Assembly (NCBI RefSeq): GCF_009914755.1
Contig: NC_060948.1
Length of the DNA stretch: 64,000 nt
Source: the human T2T-CHM13v2.0 reference genome, Homo sapiens
Strand: one strand, 5' to 3'
In this document: piece by piece, positions 24,895 to 39,105 of the stretch
Layout of the letters: each line of letters begins with the position of its first letter
Position numbering within the stretch: position 1 is the stretch's first letter
Program-made: the position numbers and the translations under genes
The notes under the pieces: generated by a model
Told to the model about the DNA's origin: nothing
What the model saw: the letters and a program-made list of their open reading frames with translations, nothing else
Databases searched by the model: none

Positions 24895-27800
24895 GTAATG
24901 AACTTTAATGGAATGTACTCGAATGGATTCGACTGGAATGGAATGTTCTGGAAGTGAATGGACTCCAATGGAATGGATTCAAAAGGAATGGAATCGTACG
25001 GAATGGAATCTAATGGAATGGAATTAAATGGAAATGAATCAAATTGAATAGCACGGAATTGAATTGAATGGAATGGAATGCAATGGAATCTAATGAAACG
25101 GAAAGGAAAGGAATGGAATGGAATGGAATGGGATGGAATGGAAAGGAATCGAAACGAATGGAATGGAATCGAACTGAAGAGACTGGAATGGAATGCACTG
25201 GAATGGAAGGGAGTGTAATGGAAGGTTCTCGAAAAAAATGGAATCGAATGGAATGGAATTGAATGGAACGGAATAGAGTCGAATGGAATTGAATGGAATG
25301 GAATGGACTAGAGTGAAATGGAATCGAACCACAAGGAATGGACAGGAATAGAATGTTCTCGAATTGAATGGAATCGTATGGAATGGCATCAAACGGAATG
25401 GAATGGACAGCCACGGAATGGAATGCACTCGAATGCAATGGAGTCGAAACTAATGGACTGGAATAGAATGGACTCGACTGGTACGGACTCCAATGGAATG
25501 GAATCGAATGGAAGGGAATCGAACGGAATGGACTCGAAGGGAAAAGACTGCAATGGAAAGGTCTCGAATGGAATGGAAATTAATGGAATGGAATGGAATC
25601 GAATGAAATGGAGTCAAAAGGAATGGAATCGAATGGCAAGAAATCGAATGTAATGGAATCGCAAGGAATTGATGTGAACGGAACGGAATGGAATGGAATC
25701 CAAAGGAATGGAATAGAATGGAATGGAATCGAATGGAAAGGACTCGAATGGAAATCACTCGAATAGAATGCAATTTAATAAAATAGGATCAAATGTAATG
25801 GAATGGAATGGAAAGGAATCGAAACGAAAGGAATGGAGACAGATGGAATGGAATGGAACAGAGAGCAATGGTATAGAAAGGAATGGAATCATCTGGAATG
25901 GAATTGAATGGAATGGAATAATATGAAATGGAATGGAATGGAATGGAATGCCCTTGAATTAAATGGACTGGAATGGAATGGACTCGAACAGAGTGGAATG
26001 GAAAGTGTTGAGATAGAATGGAATGGACTCGTTTGGAATGGTCTAGTAGGCAATGCAATCGACTGGCAGGGAATCAAAAGGAATGTAATGGAATGGATTG
26101 GACTGGAATGCAATGGACTCGAATAGATTGGAAACGGAATGCAAAGGAATGGAATGGAATAGTATGGAATGGAATGGAAAGGAATGGAGTGGAATAGACT
26201 AGAGTGGAATGGAATGGACTCGAAAGCAATGGACTGGAATGCAACTTTCTTGAATGGACTGGAATCAAACGGAATGGAATGCAATGCAATCAAATGGCGT
26301 GGAATAAAATAGAATGAAAGAGAATCAAATGGAATTGAATCGAATGGAATCGAATGGATTGGAAAGGAATAGAATGGAATGGAATGGAATTGACTCAAAT
26401 GGAATGGACTAGAATGGAATGGATTCGAATGGAAGGCAAAGGAATGGAATCTATTGGAATGGACTGTAATGGAATGGAATGGAAGGAATTGGAATGGACT
26501 CGAATGGAATGGACTGCAATAGAAAGGATTCGAATGGAATGAAAAAGAATTGAATGGAATAGAACAGAATGGAATCAAATCGAATGAAATGGAATGGAAT
26601 AGAAAGGAATGGAATGAAATGGAATGGAAAGGATTCGAATGGAATGCAATCGAATGGAATGGAATCGAACGGAATGGAATAAAATGGAAGAAAACTGGCA
26701 AGAAATGGAATCGAAATGAATGGAGTGTTATGGAACGGACTCAAAAGGAATTGAATGTAATAGAATGGAGTGGAGTGGACTCGAATATAATGGACTGGAA
26801 TGGAATGAAATCACATGGAATGGGAACGAATGGAATGGAATGGAAAGGAATGGAATCGAATGGAAAGGAATCGAATGGAAGGGAATGAAATTGAATCAAC
26901 AGGAATGGAAGGGAGTAGAATAGACGGTAATGGAATGGACTGGAATAGAATGGACACGAATGCTCAAATTGAATGCACTCGAATGGAATGGAAACGAAAG
27001 GAATGTCATCGAATGGAATTGAATCGATTGGAATGAAATTGCATAGAATGGAGTGGAATCAAATGGAATTGAATCGAAAGGAAAGGAAGCGAATGGACTG
27101 AAATGAAATGGACTGGAATTGAATGGAAAGATATGTAATGGAATAGAATGGAACGACATTTCACGGAATGGAATCAAACTGAATGGAATCAAATCAATGG
27201 AATCAAATCAAATGGAATGGAAAGGAATTGAATGGAGTAGATTGGATTGGATGGGATTGGAATGAAATGTACTGGAAAGGACTCGAATTTCATGAAACGG
27301 AATGGAATGAATTGGAACGGAACGGACTCGAATGGAATGGAATGTCATGGAATGGCATCAAATGGAATGGCATCAAATGGAATGGAATCGAATGCAATGG
27401 AATGCTATGGAATGGAATGGAATGCATTGGAATGGAATGTCCTCTAATGGAATGGATTCGAGTGGAATGGAATCGAATATAATGGAGTCGAATGAAATGG
27501 AATTGAAAGGAATGGGATCGAATACAATGGAATATACTGGAATGTAATGTAATGAACTCGAATGTAATTGACTGGAATGGAATGTACATGAATGGAATGT
27601 AATCGAATGGAAAGTAATCCAATGGAATAGAATCTAATGCAATAAAATCGACTCAGATAGAGTAGAATGTAATGGAATGGAGTGCAGTGCAATGGAATGG
27701 AATGGAATGGAATGCAATGGAATGGAATGCAATGGAATGGAATGGGATGGAATGGTGTGGAATGGATAGTAATGGACTGGAGTGAAATGGACTGGAAAGG

Positions 27801-28438
27801 AATGGACTCAAATTGAAAGGGCTCGAAAGGAATGGAGTCAAATGGAATGGTCTGGAATGGAATGAACACGAATGTAATGCAATCCAATAGAATGGAATCG
27901 AATGGCATGGAATATAAAGAAATGGAATCGAAGAGAATGGAAACAAATGGAATGGAATTGAATGGAATGGAATTGAATGGAATGGGAACGAATGGAGTGA
28001 AATTGTATGCAGTAGAAGAGAATAGAATGGAATGCAAGCGAAAGGAAAGGAATGGATTGGAATGGAATGGAATTCATTGGAATGGAAGGGAATGTAGTGT
28101 AATGGACAGGCCTGGAATAAAGTGGAATGCTACGGTCTCGAATGGAATAAAAATGTATGGAATGGAATGCAATGAAACGGAATCGAATGTCATAGAATGT
28201 AATGGAATGCAAAAAAATGGAATCCAAAATCATTGACTGGAAAGGCTGGGTGTCGAAAGGAATTGACTCCAATGGAATGGAATCGAATGGAATGGAAGTG
28301 AATAGAATCGAACTAAATCGAATGGAATGGAATTGATAGGAACGGAATGGAAAGGAATGCAATGATTTGGCATGGAATGGAATCGAATGGCATCGAATGG
28401 AATGGAATGGAATGCAATGGAATGGAATGTATTAGAAT
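24895..28438 (+). repeat. DYZ1 unit 8 (3544 bp)
   Basis: Anchor at 24895 and 28439. Confidence 0.9.
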
Positions 28439-31400
28439 GTAATGAACTTTAATGGAATGTACTCGAATGGATTCGACTGGAATGGAATGTTGTGGAAGTG
28501 AATGGACTCCAATGGAATGGATTCAAAAGGAATGGAATCGTACGGAATGGAATCTAATGGAATGGAATTAAATGGAAATGAATCAAATTGAATAGCACGG
28601 AATTGAATTGAATGGAATGGAATGCAATGGAATCTAATGAAACGGAAAGGAAAGGAATGGAATGGAATGGAATGGGCTGGAATGGAAAGGAATCGAAACG
28701 AATGGAATGGAATCGAACTGAAGAGACTGGAATGGAATGCACTGGAATGGAAGGGAGTGTAATGGAAGGTTCTCGAAAAAAATGGAATCGAATGGAATGG
28801 AATTGAATGGAACGGAATAGAGTCGAATGGAATTGAATGGAATGGAATGGACTAGAGTGAAATGGAATCGAACCACAAGGAATGGACATGAATAGAATGG
28901 TCTCGAATTGAATGGAATCGTATGGAATGGCATCAAACGGAATGGAATGGACAGCCACGGAATGGAATGCACTCGAATGCAATGGAGTCGAAACTAATGG
29001 ACTGGAATAGAATGGACTCGACTGGTACGGACTCCAATGGAATGGAATCGAATGGAAGGGAATCGAACGGAATGGACTCGAAGGGAAAAGACTGCAATGG
29101 AAAGGTCTGGAATGGAATGGAAATTAATGGAATGGAATGGAATCGAATGAAATGGAGTCAAAAGGAATGGAATCGAATGGCAAGAAATCGAATGTAATGG
29201 AATCACAAGGAATTGATGTGAACGGAACGGAATGCAATGGAATCCAAAGGAATGGAATAGAATGGAATGGAATCGAATGGAAAGGACTCGAATGGAAATC
29301 ACTCGAATAGAATGCAATTTAATAAAATAGGATCAAATGTAATGGAATGGAATGGAAAGGAATCGAAACGAAAGGAATGGAGACAGATGGAATGGAATGG
29401 AACAGAGAGCAATGGTATAGAATGGAATGGAATCATCTGGAATGGAATTGAATGGAATGGAATAATATGAAATGGAATGGAATGGAATGGAATGGAATGC
29501 CCTTGAATTAAATGGACTGGAATGGAATGGACTCGAACAGAGTGGAATGGAAAGTGTTGAGATAGAATGGAATGGACTCCTTTGGAATGGTGTAGTATGC
29601 AATGCAATCGACTGGCAGGGAATCAAAAGGAATGTAATGGAATGGATTGGACTGGAATGCAATGGACTCGAATAGATTGGAAACGGAATGCAAAGGAATG
29701 GAATGGAATAGTATGGAATGGAATGGAAAGGAATGGAGTGGAATAGACTAGAGTGGAATGGAATGGACTGGAAAGCAATGGACTGGAATGGAACTTTCTT
29801 GAATGGACTGGAATCAAACGGAATGGAATGCAATGCAATCAAATGGCATGGAATAAAATAGAATGAAAGAGAATCAAATGGAATTGAATCGAATGGAATC
29901 GAATGGATTGGAAAGGAATAGAATGGAATGGAATGGAATTGACTCAAATGGAATGGACTAGAATGGAATGGATTCGAATGGAAGGCAAAGGAATGGAATC
30001 TATTGGAATGGACTGTAATGGAATGGAATGGAAGGGATTGGAATGGACTCGAATGGAATGGACTGCAATAGAAAGGATTCGAATGGAATGAAAAAGAATT
30101 GAATGGAATAGAACAGAATGGAATCAAATCGAATGAAATGGAATGGAATAGAAAGGAATGGAATGAAATGGAATGGAAAGGATTCGAATGGAATGCAATC
30201 GAATGGAATGGAATCGAACGGAATGGAATAAAATGGAAGAAAACTGGCAAGAAATGGAATCGAAATGAATGGAGTGTTATGGAACGGACTCAAAAGGAAT
30301 TGAATGTAATAGAATGGAGTGGAGTGGACTCGAATATAATGGACTGGAATGGAATGAAATCACATGGAATGGGAACGAATGGAATGGAATGGAAAGGAAT
30401 GGAATCGAATGGAAAGGAATCGAATGGAAGGGAATGAAATTGAATCAACAGGAATGGAAGGGAATTGAATAGACGGTAATGGAATGGACTCGAATAGAAT
30501 GGACACGAATGCTCAAATTGAATGGACTCGAATGGAATGGAAACGAAAGGAATGTCATCGAATGGAATTGAATCGATTGGAATGAAATCGCATAGAATGG
30601 AGTGGAATCAAATGGAATTGAATCGAAAGGAAAGGAAGCGAATGGACTGAAATGAAATGGAATGGAATTGAATGGAAAGTAATGCAATGGAATAGAATGG
30701 AACGAAATTTCACGGAATGGAATCAAACTGAATGGAATCAAATCAATGGAATCCAATCAAATGGAATGGAGTAGATTGGATTGGATGAGATTGGAATGAA
30801 ATATACTGGAAAGGACTCGAATTTCATGAAACGGAATGGAATGAATTGGAACGGAATGGACTCGAATGGAATGGAATGTCATAGAATGGCATCAAATGGA
30901 ATGGCATCAAATGGAATGGAATCGAATGCAATGGAATGCTATGGAATGGAATGGAATGCATTGGAATGGAATGTCCTCTAATGGAATGGATTCGAGTGGA
31001 ATGGAATCGAATATAATGGAGTCGAATGAAATGGAATTGAAAAGAATGGGATCGAATACAATGGAATATACTGGAATGTAATGTAATGAACTCGAATGTA
31101 ATTGACTGGAATGGAATGTACATGAATGGAATGTAATCGAATGGAAAGTAATCCAATGGAATAGAATCTAATGCAATAAAATCGACTCAGATAGAGTAGA
31201 ATGTAATGGAATGGAGTGCAGTGCAATGGAATGGAATGGAATGGAATGCAATGGAATGGAATGGAATGGAATGGAATGGAATGGAATGGGATGGAATGGT
31301 ATGGAATGGATAGTAATGGACTGGAGTGAAATGGACTGGAAAGGAATGGACTCAAATTGAAAGGGCTGGAAAGGAATGGAGTCAAATGGAATGGTCTGGA

Positions 31401-31982
31401 ATGGAATGAACACGAAAGTAATGCAATCCAATAGAATGGAATCGAATGGCATGGAATATAATGAAATGGAATCGAAGAGAATGGAAACAAATGGAATGGA
31501 ATTGAATGGAATGGAATTGAATGGAATGGGAACGAATGGAGTGAAATTGTATGCAGTAGAAGGGAATAGAATGGAATGCAAGCGAAAGGAAAGGAATGGA
31601 TTGGAATGGAATGGAATTCATTGGAATGGAAGGGAATGTAGTGTAATGGACAGGCCTGGAATAAAGTGGAATGCTACGGTCTCGAATGGAATAAAAATGT
31701 ATGGAATGGAATGCAATGAAACGGAATCGAATGTCATAGAATGTAATGGAATGCAAAAAAATGGAATCCAAAATCATTGACTGGAAAGGCTGGGTGTCGA
31801 AAGGAATTGACTCCAATGGAATGGAATGGAATGGAATGGAAGTGAATAGAATCGAACTAAATCGAATGGAATGGAATTGATAGGAACGGAATGGAAAGGA
31901 ATGCAATGATTTGGCACGGAATGGAATCGAATGGCATCGAATGGAATGGAATGGAATGCAATGGAATGGAACGTATTAGAAT
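28439..31982 (+). repeat. DYZ1 unit 9 (3544 bp)
   Basis: Anchor at 28439 and 31983. Confidence 0.9.
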
Positions 31983-34900
31983 GTAATGAACTTTAATGGA
32001 ATGTACTCGAATGGAATCGAGTGGAATGGAATGTTCTGGAAGTGAATGGACTCCAATGGAATGGATTCAAAAGGAATGGAATCGTACGGAATGGAATCTA
32101 ATGGAATGGAATTAAATGGAAATGAATCAAATTGAATAGCATGGAATTGAATTGAATGGAATCGAATGCAATGGAATCTAATGAAACGGAAAGGAAAGGA
32201 ATGGAATGGAATGGAATGGGCTGGAATGGAAAGGAATCGAAACGAATGGAATGGAATCGAATTGACGAGACTGGAATGGAATGCACTGGAATGGAAGGGA
32301 GTGTAATGGAAGGTTCTCGAAAAAAATGGAATCGAATGGAATGGAATTGAATGGAACGGAATAGAGTCGAATGGAATTGAATAGAATGGAATGGACTAGA
32401 GTGAAATGGAATCGAACCACAAGGAATGGACAGAAATAGAATGGTCTCGAATTGAATGGAATCGTATGGAATGGCATCAAACGGAATGGAATGGACAGCC
32501 ACGGAATGGAATGCACTCGAATGCAATGGAGTCGAAACTAATGGACTGGAATAGAATGGACTCGACTGGTACGGACTCCAATGGAATGGAATCGAATGGA
32601 AGGGAATCGAACGGAATGGACTCGAAGGGAAAAGACTGCAATGGAAAGGTCTCGAATGGAATGGAAATTAATGGAATGGAATGGAATCGAATGAAATGGA
32701 GTCAAAAGGAATGGAATCGAATGGCAAGAAATCGAATGTAATGGAATCACAAGGAATTGATGTGAACGGAACGGAATGGAATGGAATCCAAAGGAATGGA
32801 ATAGAATGGAATGGAATCGAATGGAAAGGACTCGAATGGAAATCACTCGAATAGAATGCAATTTAATAAAATAGGATCAAATGTAATGGAATGACATGGA
32901 AAGGAATCGAAACGAAAGGAATGGAGACAGATGGAATGGAATGGAACAGAGAGCAATGGTATAGAATGGAATGGAATCATCTGGAATGGAATTGAATGGA
33001 ATGGAATAATATGAAATGGAATGGAATGGAATGGAATGGAATGCCCTTGAATTAAATGGACTGGAATGGAATGGACTCGAACAGAGTGGAATGGAAAGTG
33101 TTGAGATAGAATGGAATGGACTCCTTTGGAATGGTGTAGTATGCTATGCAATCGACTGGCAGGGAATCAAAAGGAATGTAAAGGAATGGATTGGACAGGA
33201 ATGAAATGGACTCGAATAGATTGGAAACGGAATGCAAAGGAATGGAATGGAATAGTATGGAATGGAATGGAAAGGAATGGAGTGGAATAGACTAGAGTGG
33301 AATGGAATGGACTGGAAAGCAATAGACTGGAATGGAACTTTCTTGAATGGACTGGAATCAAACGGAATGGAATGCAATGCAATCAAATGGCATGGAATAA
33401 AATAGAATGAAAGAGAATCAAATGGAATTGAATCGAATGGAATCGAATGGATTGGAAAGGAATAGAATGGAATGGAATGGAATTGACTCAAATGGAATGG
33501 ACTAGAATGGAATGGATTCGAATGGAAGGCAAAGGAATGGAATCTATTGGAATGGACTGTAATGGAATGGAATGGAAGGGATTGGAATGGACTCGAATGG
33601 AATGGACTGCAATAGAAAGGATTCGAATGGAATGAAAAAGAATTGAATGGAATAGAACACAATGGAATCAAATCGAATGAAATGGAATGGAATAGAAAGG
33701 AATGGAATGAAATGGAATGGAAAGGATTCGAATGGAATGCAATCGAATGGAATGGAATCGAACGGAATGGAATAAAATGGAAGAAAACTGGCAAGAAATG
33801 GAATCGAAATGAATGGAGAGTTATGGAACGGACTCAAAAGGAATTGAATGTAATAGAATGGAGTGGAGTGGACTCGAATATAATGGACTGGAATGGAATG
33901 AAATCACATGGAATGGGAACGAATGGAATGGAATGGAAAGGAATGGAATCGAATGGAAAGGAATCGAATGGAAGGGAATGAAATTGAATCAACAGGAATG
34001 GAAGGGAATAGAATAGACGGTAATGGAATGGACTCGAATAGAATGGACACGAATGCTGAAATGGAATGGACTCAAATGGAATGGAAACGAAAGGAATGTC
34101 ATCGAATGGAATTGAATCGATTGGAATGAAATCGCATAGAATGGAGTGGAATCAAATGGAATTGAATCGAAAGGAAAGGAAGCGAATGGACTGAAATGAA
34201 ATGGAATGGAATTGAATGGAAAGTAATGCAATGGAATAGAATGGAACGAAATTTCACAGAATGGAATCAAACTGAATGGAATCAAACCAATGGAATCAAA
34301 TCAAATGGAATGGAAAGGAATTGAATGGAGTAGATTGGATTGGATGGGATTGGAATGAAATGTACTGGAAAGGACTCGAATTTCATGAAACGGAATGGAA
34401 TGAATTGGAACGGAACGGACTCGAATGGAATGGAATGTCATGGAATGGCATCAAATGGAATGGCATCAAATGGAATGGAATCGAATGCAATGGAATGCTA
34501 TGGAATGGAATGGAATGCATTTTAATGGAATGTCCTCTAATGGAATGGATTCGAGTGGAATGGAATCGAATATAATGGAGTCGAATGAAATGGAATTGAA
34601 AGGATTGGGATCGAATACAATGGAATATACTGGAATGTAATGTAATGAACTCGAATGTAATTGACTGGAATGGAATGTACATGAATGGAATGTAATCGAA
34701 TGGAAAGTAATCCAATGGAATAGAATCTAATGCAATAAAATCGACTCAGATAGAGTAGAATGTAATGGGATGGAGTGCAGTGCAATGGAATGGAATGGAA
34801 TGGAATGCAATGGAATGGAATGGAATGGAATGCAATGGAATGGAATGGAATGGAATGGAATGGAATGGGATGGAATGGTATGGAATGGATAGTAATGGAC

Positions 34901-35561
34901 TGGAGTGAAATGGACTGGAAAGGAATGGACTCAAATTGAAAGGGCTCGAAAGGAATGGAGTCAAATGGAATGATCTGGAATGGAATGAACACGAAAGTAA
35001 TGCAATCCAATAGAATGGAATCGAATGGCATGGAATATAATGAAATGGAATCGAAGAGAATGGAAACAAATGGAATGGAATTGAATGGAATGGAATTGAA
35101 TGGAATGGGAACGAATGGAGTGAAATTGTATGCAGTAGAAGGGAATAGAATGGAATGCAAGCGAAAGGAAAGGAATGGATTGGAATGGAATGGAATTCAT
35201 TGGAATGGAAGGGAATGTAGTGTAATGGACAGGCCTGGAATAAAGTGGAATGCTACGGTCTCGAGTGGAATAAAAATGTATGGAATGGAATGCAATGAAA
35301 CGGAATCGAATGTCATAGAATGTAATGGAATGCAAAAAAATGGAATCCAAAATCATTGACTGGAAAGGCTGGGTGTCGAAAGGAATTGACTCCAATGGAA
35401 TGGAATCGAATGGAATGGAAGTGAATAGAATCGAACTAAATCGAATGGAATGGAATTGATAGGAACGGAATGGAAAGGAATGCAATGATTTGGCACGGAA
35501 TGGAATCGAATGGCATCGAATGGAATGGAATGGAATGCAATGGAATGGAACGTATTAGAAT
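31983..35561 (+). repeat. DYZ1 unit 10 (3579 bp)
   Basis: Anchor at 31983 and 35562. Confidence 0.9.
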
Positions 35562-38500
35562 GTAATGAACTTTAATGGAATGTACTCGAATGGAATCGAC
35601 TGGAATGGAATGTTCTGGAAGTGAATGGACTCCAATGGAATGGATACAAAAGGAATGGAATCGTACGGAATGGAATCTAATGGAATGGAATTAAATGGAA
35701 ATGAATCAAATTGAATAGCATGGAATTGAATTGAATGGAATCAAATGCAATGGAATCTAATGAAACGGAAAGGAAAGGAATGGAATGGAATGGAATGGGC
35801 TGGAATGGAAAGGAATCGAAACGAATGGAATGGAATCGAATTGACGAGACTGGAATGGAATGCACTGGAATGGAAGGGAGTGTAATGGAAGGTTCTCGAA
35901 AAAAATGGAATCGAATGGAATGGAATTGAATGGAACGGAATAGAGTCGAATGGAATTGAATGGAATGGAATGGACTAGAGTGAAATGGAATCGAACCACA
36001 AGGAATGGACAGGAATAGAATGGTCTCGAATTGAATGGAATCGTATGGAATGGCATCAAACGGAATGGAATGGACAGCCACGGAATGGAATGCACTCGAA
36101 TGCAATGGAGTCGAAACTAATGGACTGGAATAGAATGGACTCGACTGGTACGGACTCCAATGGAATGGAATCGAATGGAAGGGAATCGAACGGAATGGAC
36201 TCGAAGGGAAAAGACTGCAATGGAAAGGTCTCGAATGGAATGGAAATTAATGGAATGGAATGGAATCGAATGAAATGGAGTCAAAAGGAATGGAATCGAA
36301 TGGCAAGAAATCGAATGTAATGGAATCGCAAGGAATTGATGTGAACGGAACGGAATGGAATGGAATCCAAAGGGATGGAATAGAATGGAATGGAATCGAA
36401 TGGAAAGGACTCGAATGGAAATCACTCGAATAGAATGCAATTTAATAAAATAGGATCAAATGTAATGGAATGGAATGGAAAGGAATCGAAACGAAAGGAA
36501 TGGAGACAGATGGAATGGAATGGAACAGAGAGCAATGGTATAGAATGGAATGGAATCATCTGGAATGGAATTGAATGGAATGGAATAATATGAAATGGAA
36601 TGGAATGGAATGGAATGGAATGCCCTTGAATTAAATGGACTGGAATGGAATGGACTCGAACAGAGTGGAATGGAAAGTGTTGAGATAGAATAGAATGGAC
36701 TCGTTTGGAATGGTCTAGTATGCAATGCAATCGACTGGCAGGGAATCAAAAGGAATGTAATGGAATGGATTGGACAGGAATGAAATGGACTCGAATAGAT
36801 TGGAAACGGAATGCAAAGGAATGGAATGGAATAGTATGGAATGGAATGGAAAGGAATGGAGTGGAATAGACTAGACTGGAATGGAATGGACTGGAAAGCA
36901 ATGGACTGGAATGGAACTTTCTTGAATGGACTGGAATCAAACGGAATGGAATGCAATGCAATCAAATGGCATGGAATAAAATAGAATGAAAGAGAATCAA
37001 ATGGAATTGAATCGAATGGAATCGAATGGATTGGAAAGGAATAGAATGGAATGGAATGGAATTGACTCAAATGGAATGGACTAGAATGGAATGGATTCGA
37101 ATGGAAGGCAAAGGAATGGAATCTATTGGAATGGACTGTAATGGAATGGAATGGAAGGGATTGGAATGGACTCGAATGGAATGGACTGCAATAGAAAGGA
37201 TTCGAATGGAATGAAAAAGAATTGAATGGAATAGAACAGAATGGAATCAAATCGAATGAAATGGAATGGAATAGAAAGGAATGGAATGAAATGGAATGGA
37301 AAGGATTCGAATGGAATGCAATCGAATGGAATGGAATCGAACGGAATGGAATAAAATGGAAGAAAACTGGCAAGAAATGGAATCGAAATGAATGGAGTGT
37401 TATGGAACGGACTCAAAAGGAATTGAATGTAATAGAATGGAGTGGAGTGGACTCGAATATAATGGACTGGAATGGAATGAAATCACATGGAATGGGAACG
37501 AATGGAATGGAATGGAAAGGAATGGAATCGAATGGAAAGGAATCGAATGGAAGGGAATGAAATTGAATCAACAGGAATGGAAGGGAATAGAATAGACTGT
37601 AATGGAATGGACTCGAATAGAATGGACACGAATGCTGAAATTGAATGGACTCGAATGCAATGGAAACGAAAGGAATGTCATCGAATGGAATTGAATCGAT
37701 TGGAATGAAATCGCATAGAATGGAGTGGAATCAAATGGAATTGAATCGAAAGGAAAGGAAGCGAATGGACTGAAATGAAATGGAATGGAATTGAATGGAA
37801 AGTAATGCAATGGAATAGAATGGAACGAAATTTCACAGAATGGAATCAAACTGAATGGAATCAAACCAAAGGAATCAAATCAAATGGAATGGAAAGGAAT
37901 TGAATGGAGTAGATTGGATTGGATGGGATTGGAATGAAATGTACTGGAAAGGACTCGAATTTCATGAAACGGAATGGAATGAATTGGAACGGAACGGACT
38001 CGAATGGAATGGAATGTCATGGAATGGCATCAAATGGAATGGCATCAAATGGAATGGAATCGAATGCAATGGAATGCTATGGAATGGAATGGAATGCATT
38101 TTAATGGAATGTCCTCTAATGGAATGGATTCGAGTGGAATGGAATCGAATATAATGGAGTCGAATGAAATGGAATTGAAAGGAATGGGATCGAATACAAT
38201 GGAATATACTGGAATGTAATGTAATGAACTCGAATGTAATTGACTGGAATGGAATGTACATGAATGGAATGTAATCGAATGGAAAGTAATCCAATGGAAT
38301 AGAATCTAATGCAATAAAATCGACTCAGATAGAGTAGAATGTAATGGAATGGAGTGCAGTGCAATGGAATGGAATGGAATGGAATGCAATGGAATGGAAT
38401 GGAATGGAATGGAATGGAATGGTGTGGAATGGATAGTAATGGACTGGAGTGAAATGGACTGGAAAGGAATGGACTCAAATTGAATGGGCTCGAAAGGAAT

Positions 38501-39105
38501 GGAGTCAAATGGAATGGTCTGGAATGGAATGAACACGAATGTAATGCAATCCAATAGAATGGAATCGAATGGCATGGAATATAAAGAAATGGAATCGAAG
38601 AGAATGGAAACAAATGGAATGGAATTGAGTGGAATGGAATTGAATGGAATGGGAACGAATGGAGTGAAATTGTATGCAGTAGAAGAGAATAGAATGGAAT
38701 GCAAGCGAAAGGAAAGGAATGGATTGGAATGGAATGGAATTCATTGGAATGGAAGGGAATGTAGTGTAATGGACAGGCCTGGAATAAAGTGGAATGCTAC
38801 GGTCTCGAATGGAATAAAAATGTATGGAATGGAATGCAATGAAATGGAATCGAATGTCATAGAATGTAATGGAATGCAAAAAAATGGACTCCAAAATCAT
38901 TGACTGGAAAGGCTGGGTGTCGAAAGGAATTGACTCCAATGGAATGGAATCGAATGGAATGGAAGTGAATAGAATCGAACTAAATCGAATGGAATGGAAT
39001 TGATAGGAACGGAATGGAAAGGAATGCAATGATTTGGCATGGAATGGAATCGAATGGCATCGAATGGAATGGAATGGAATGCAATGGAATGGAATGTATT
39101 AGAAT
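35562..39105 (+). repeat. DYZ1 unit 11 (3544 bp)
   Basis: Anchor at 35562 and 39106. Confidence 0.9.
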
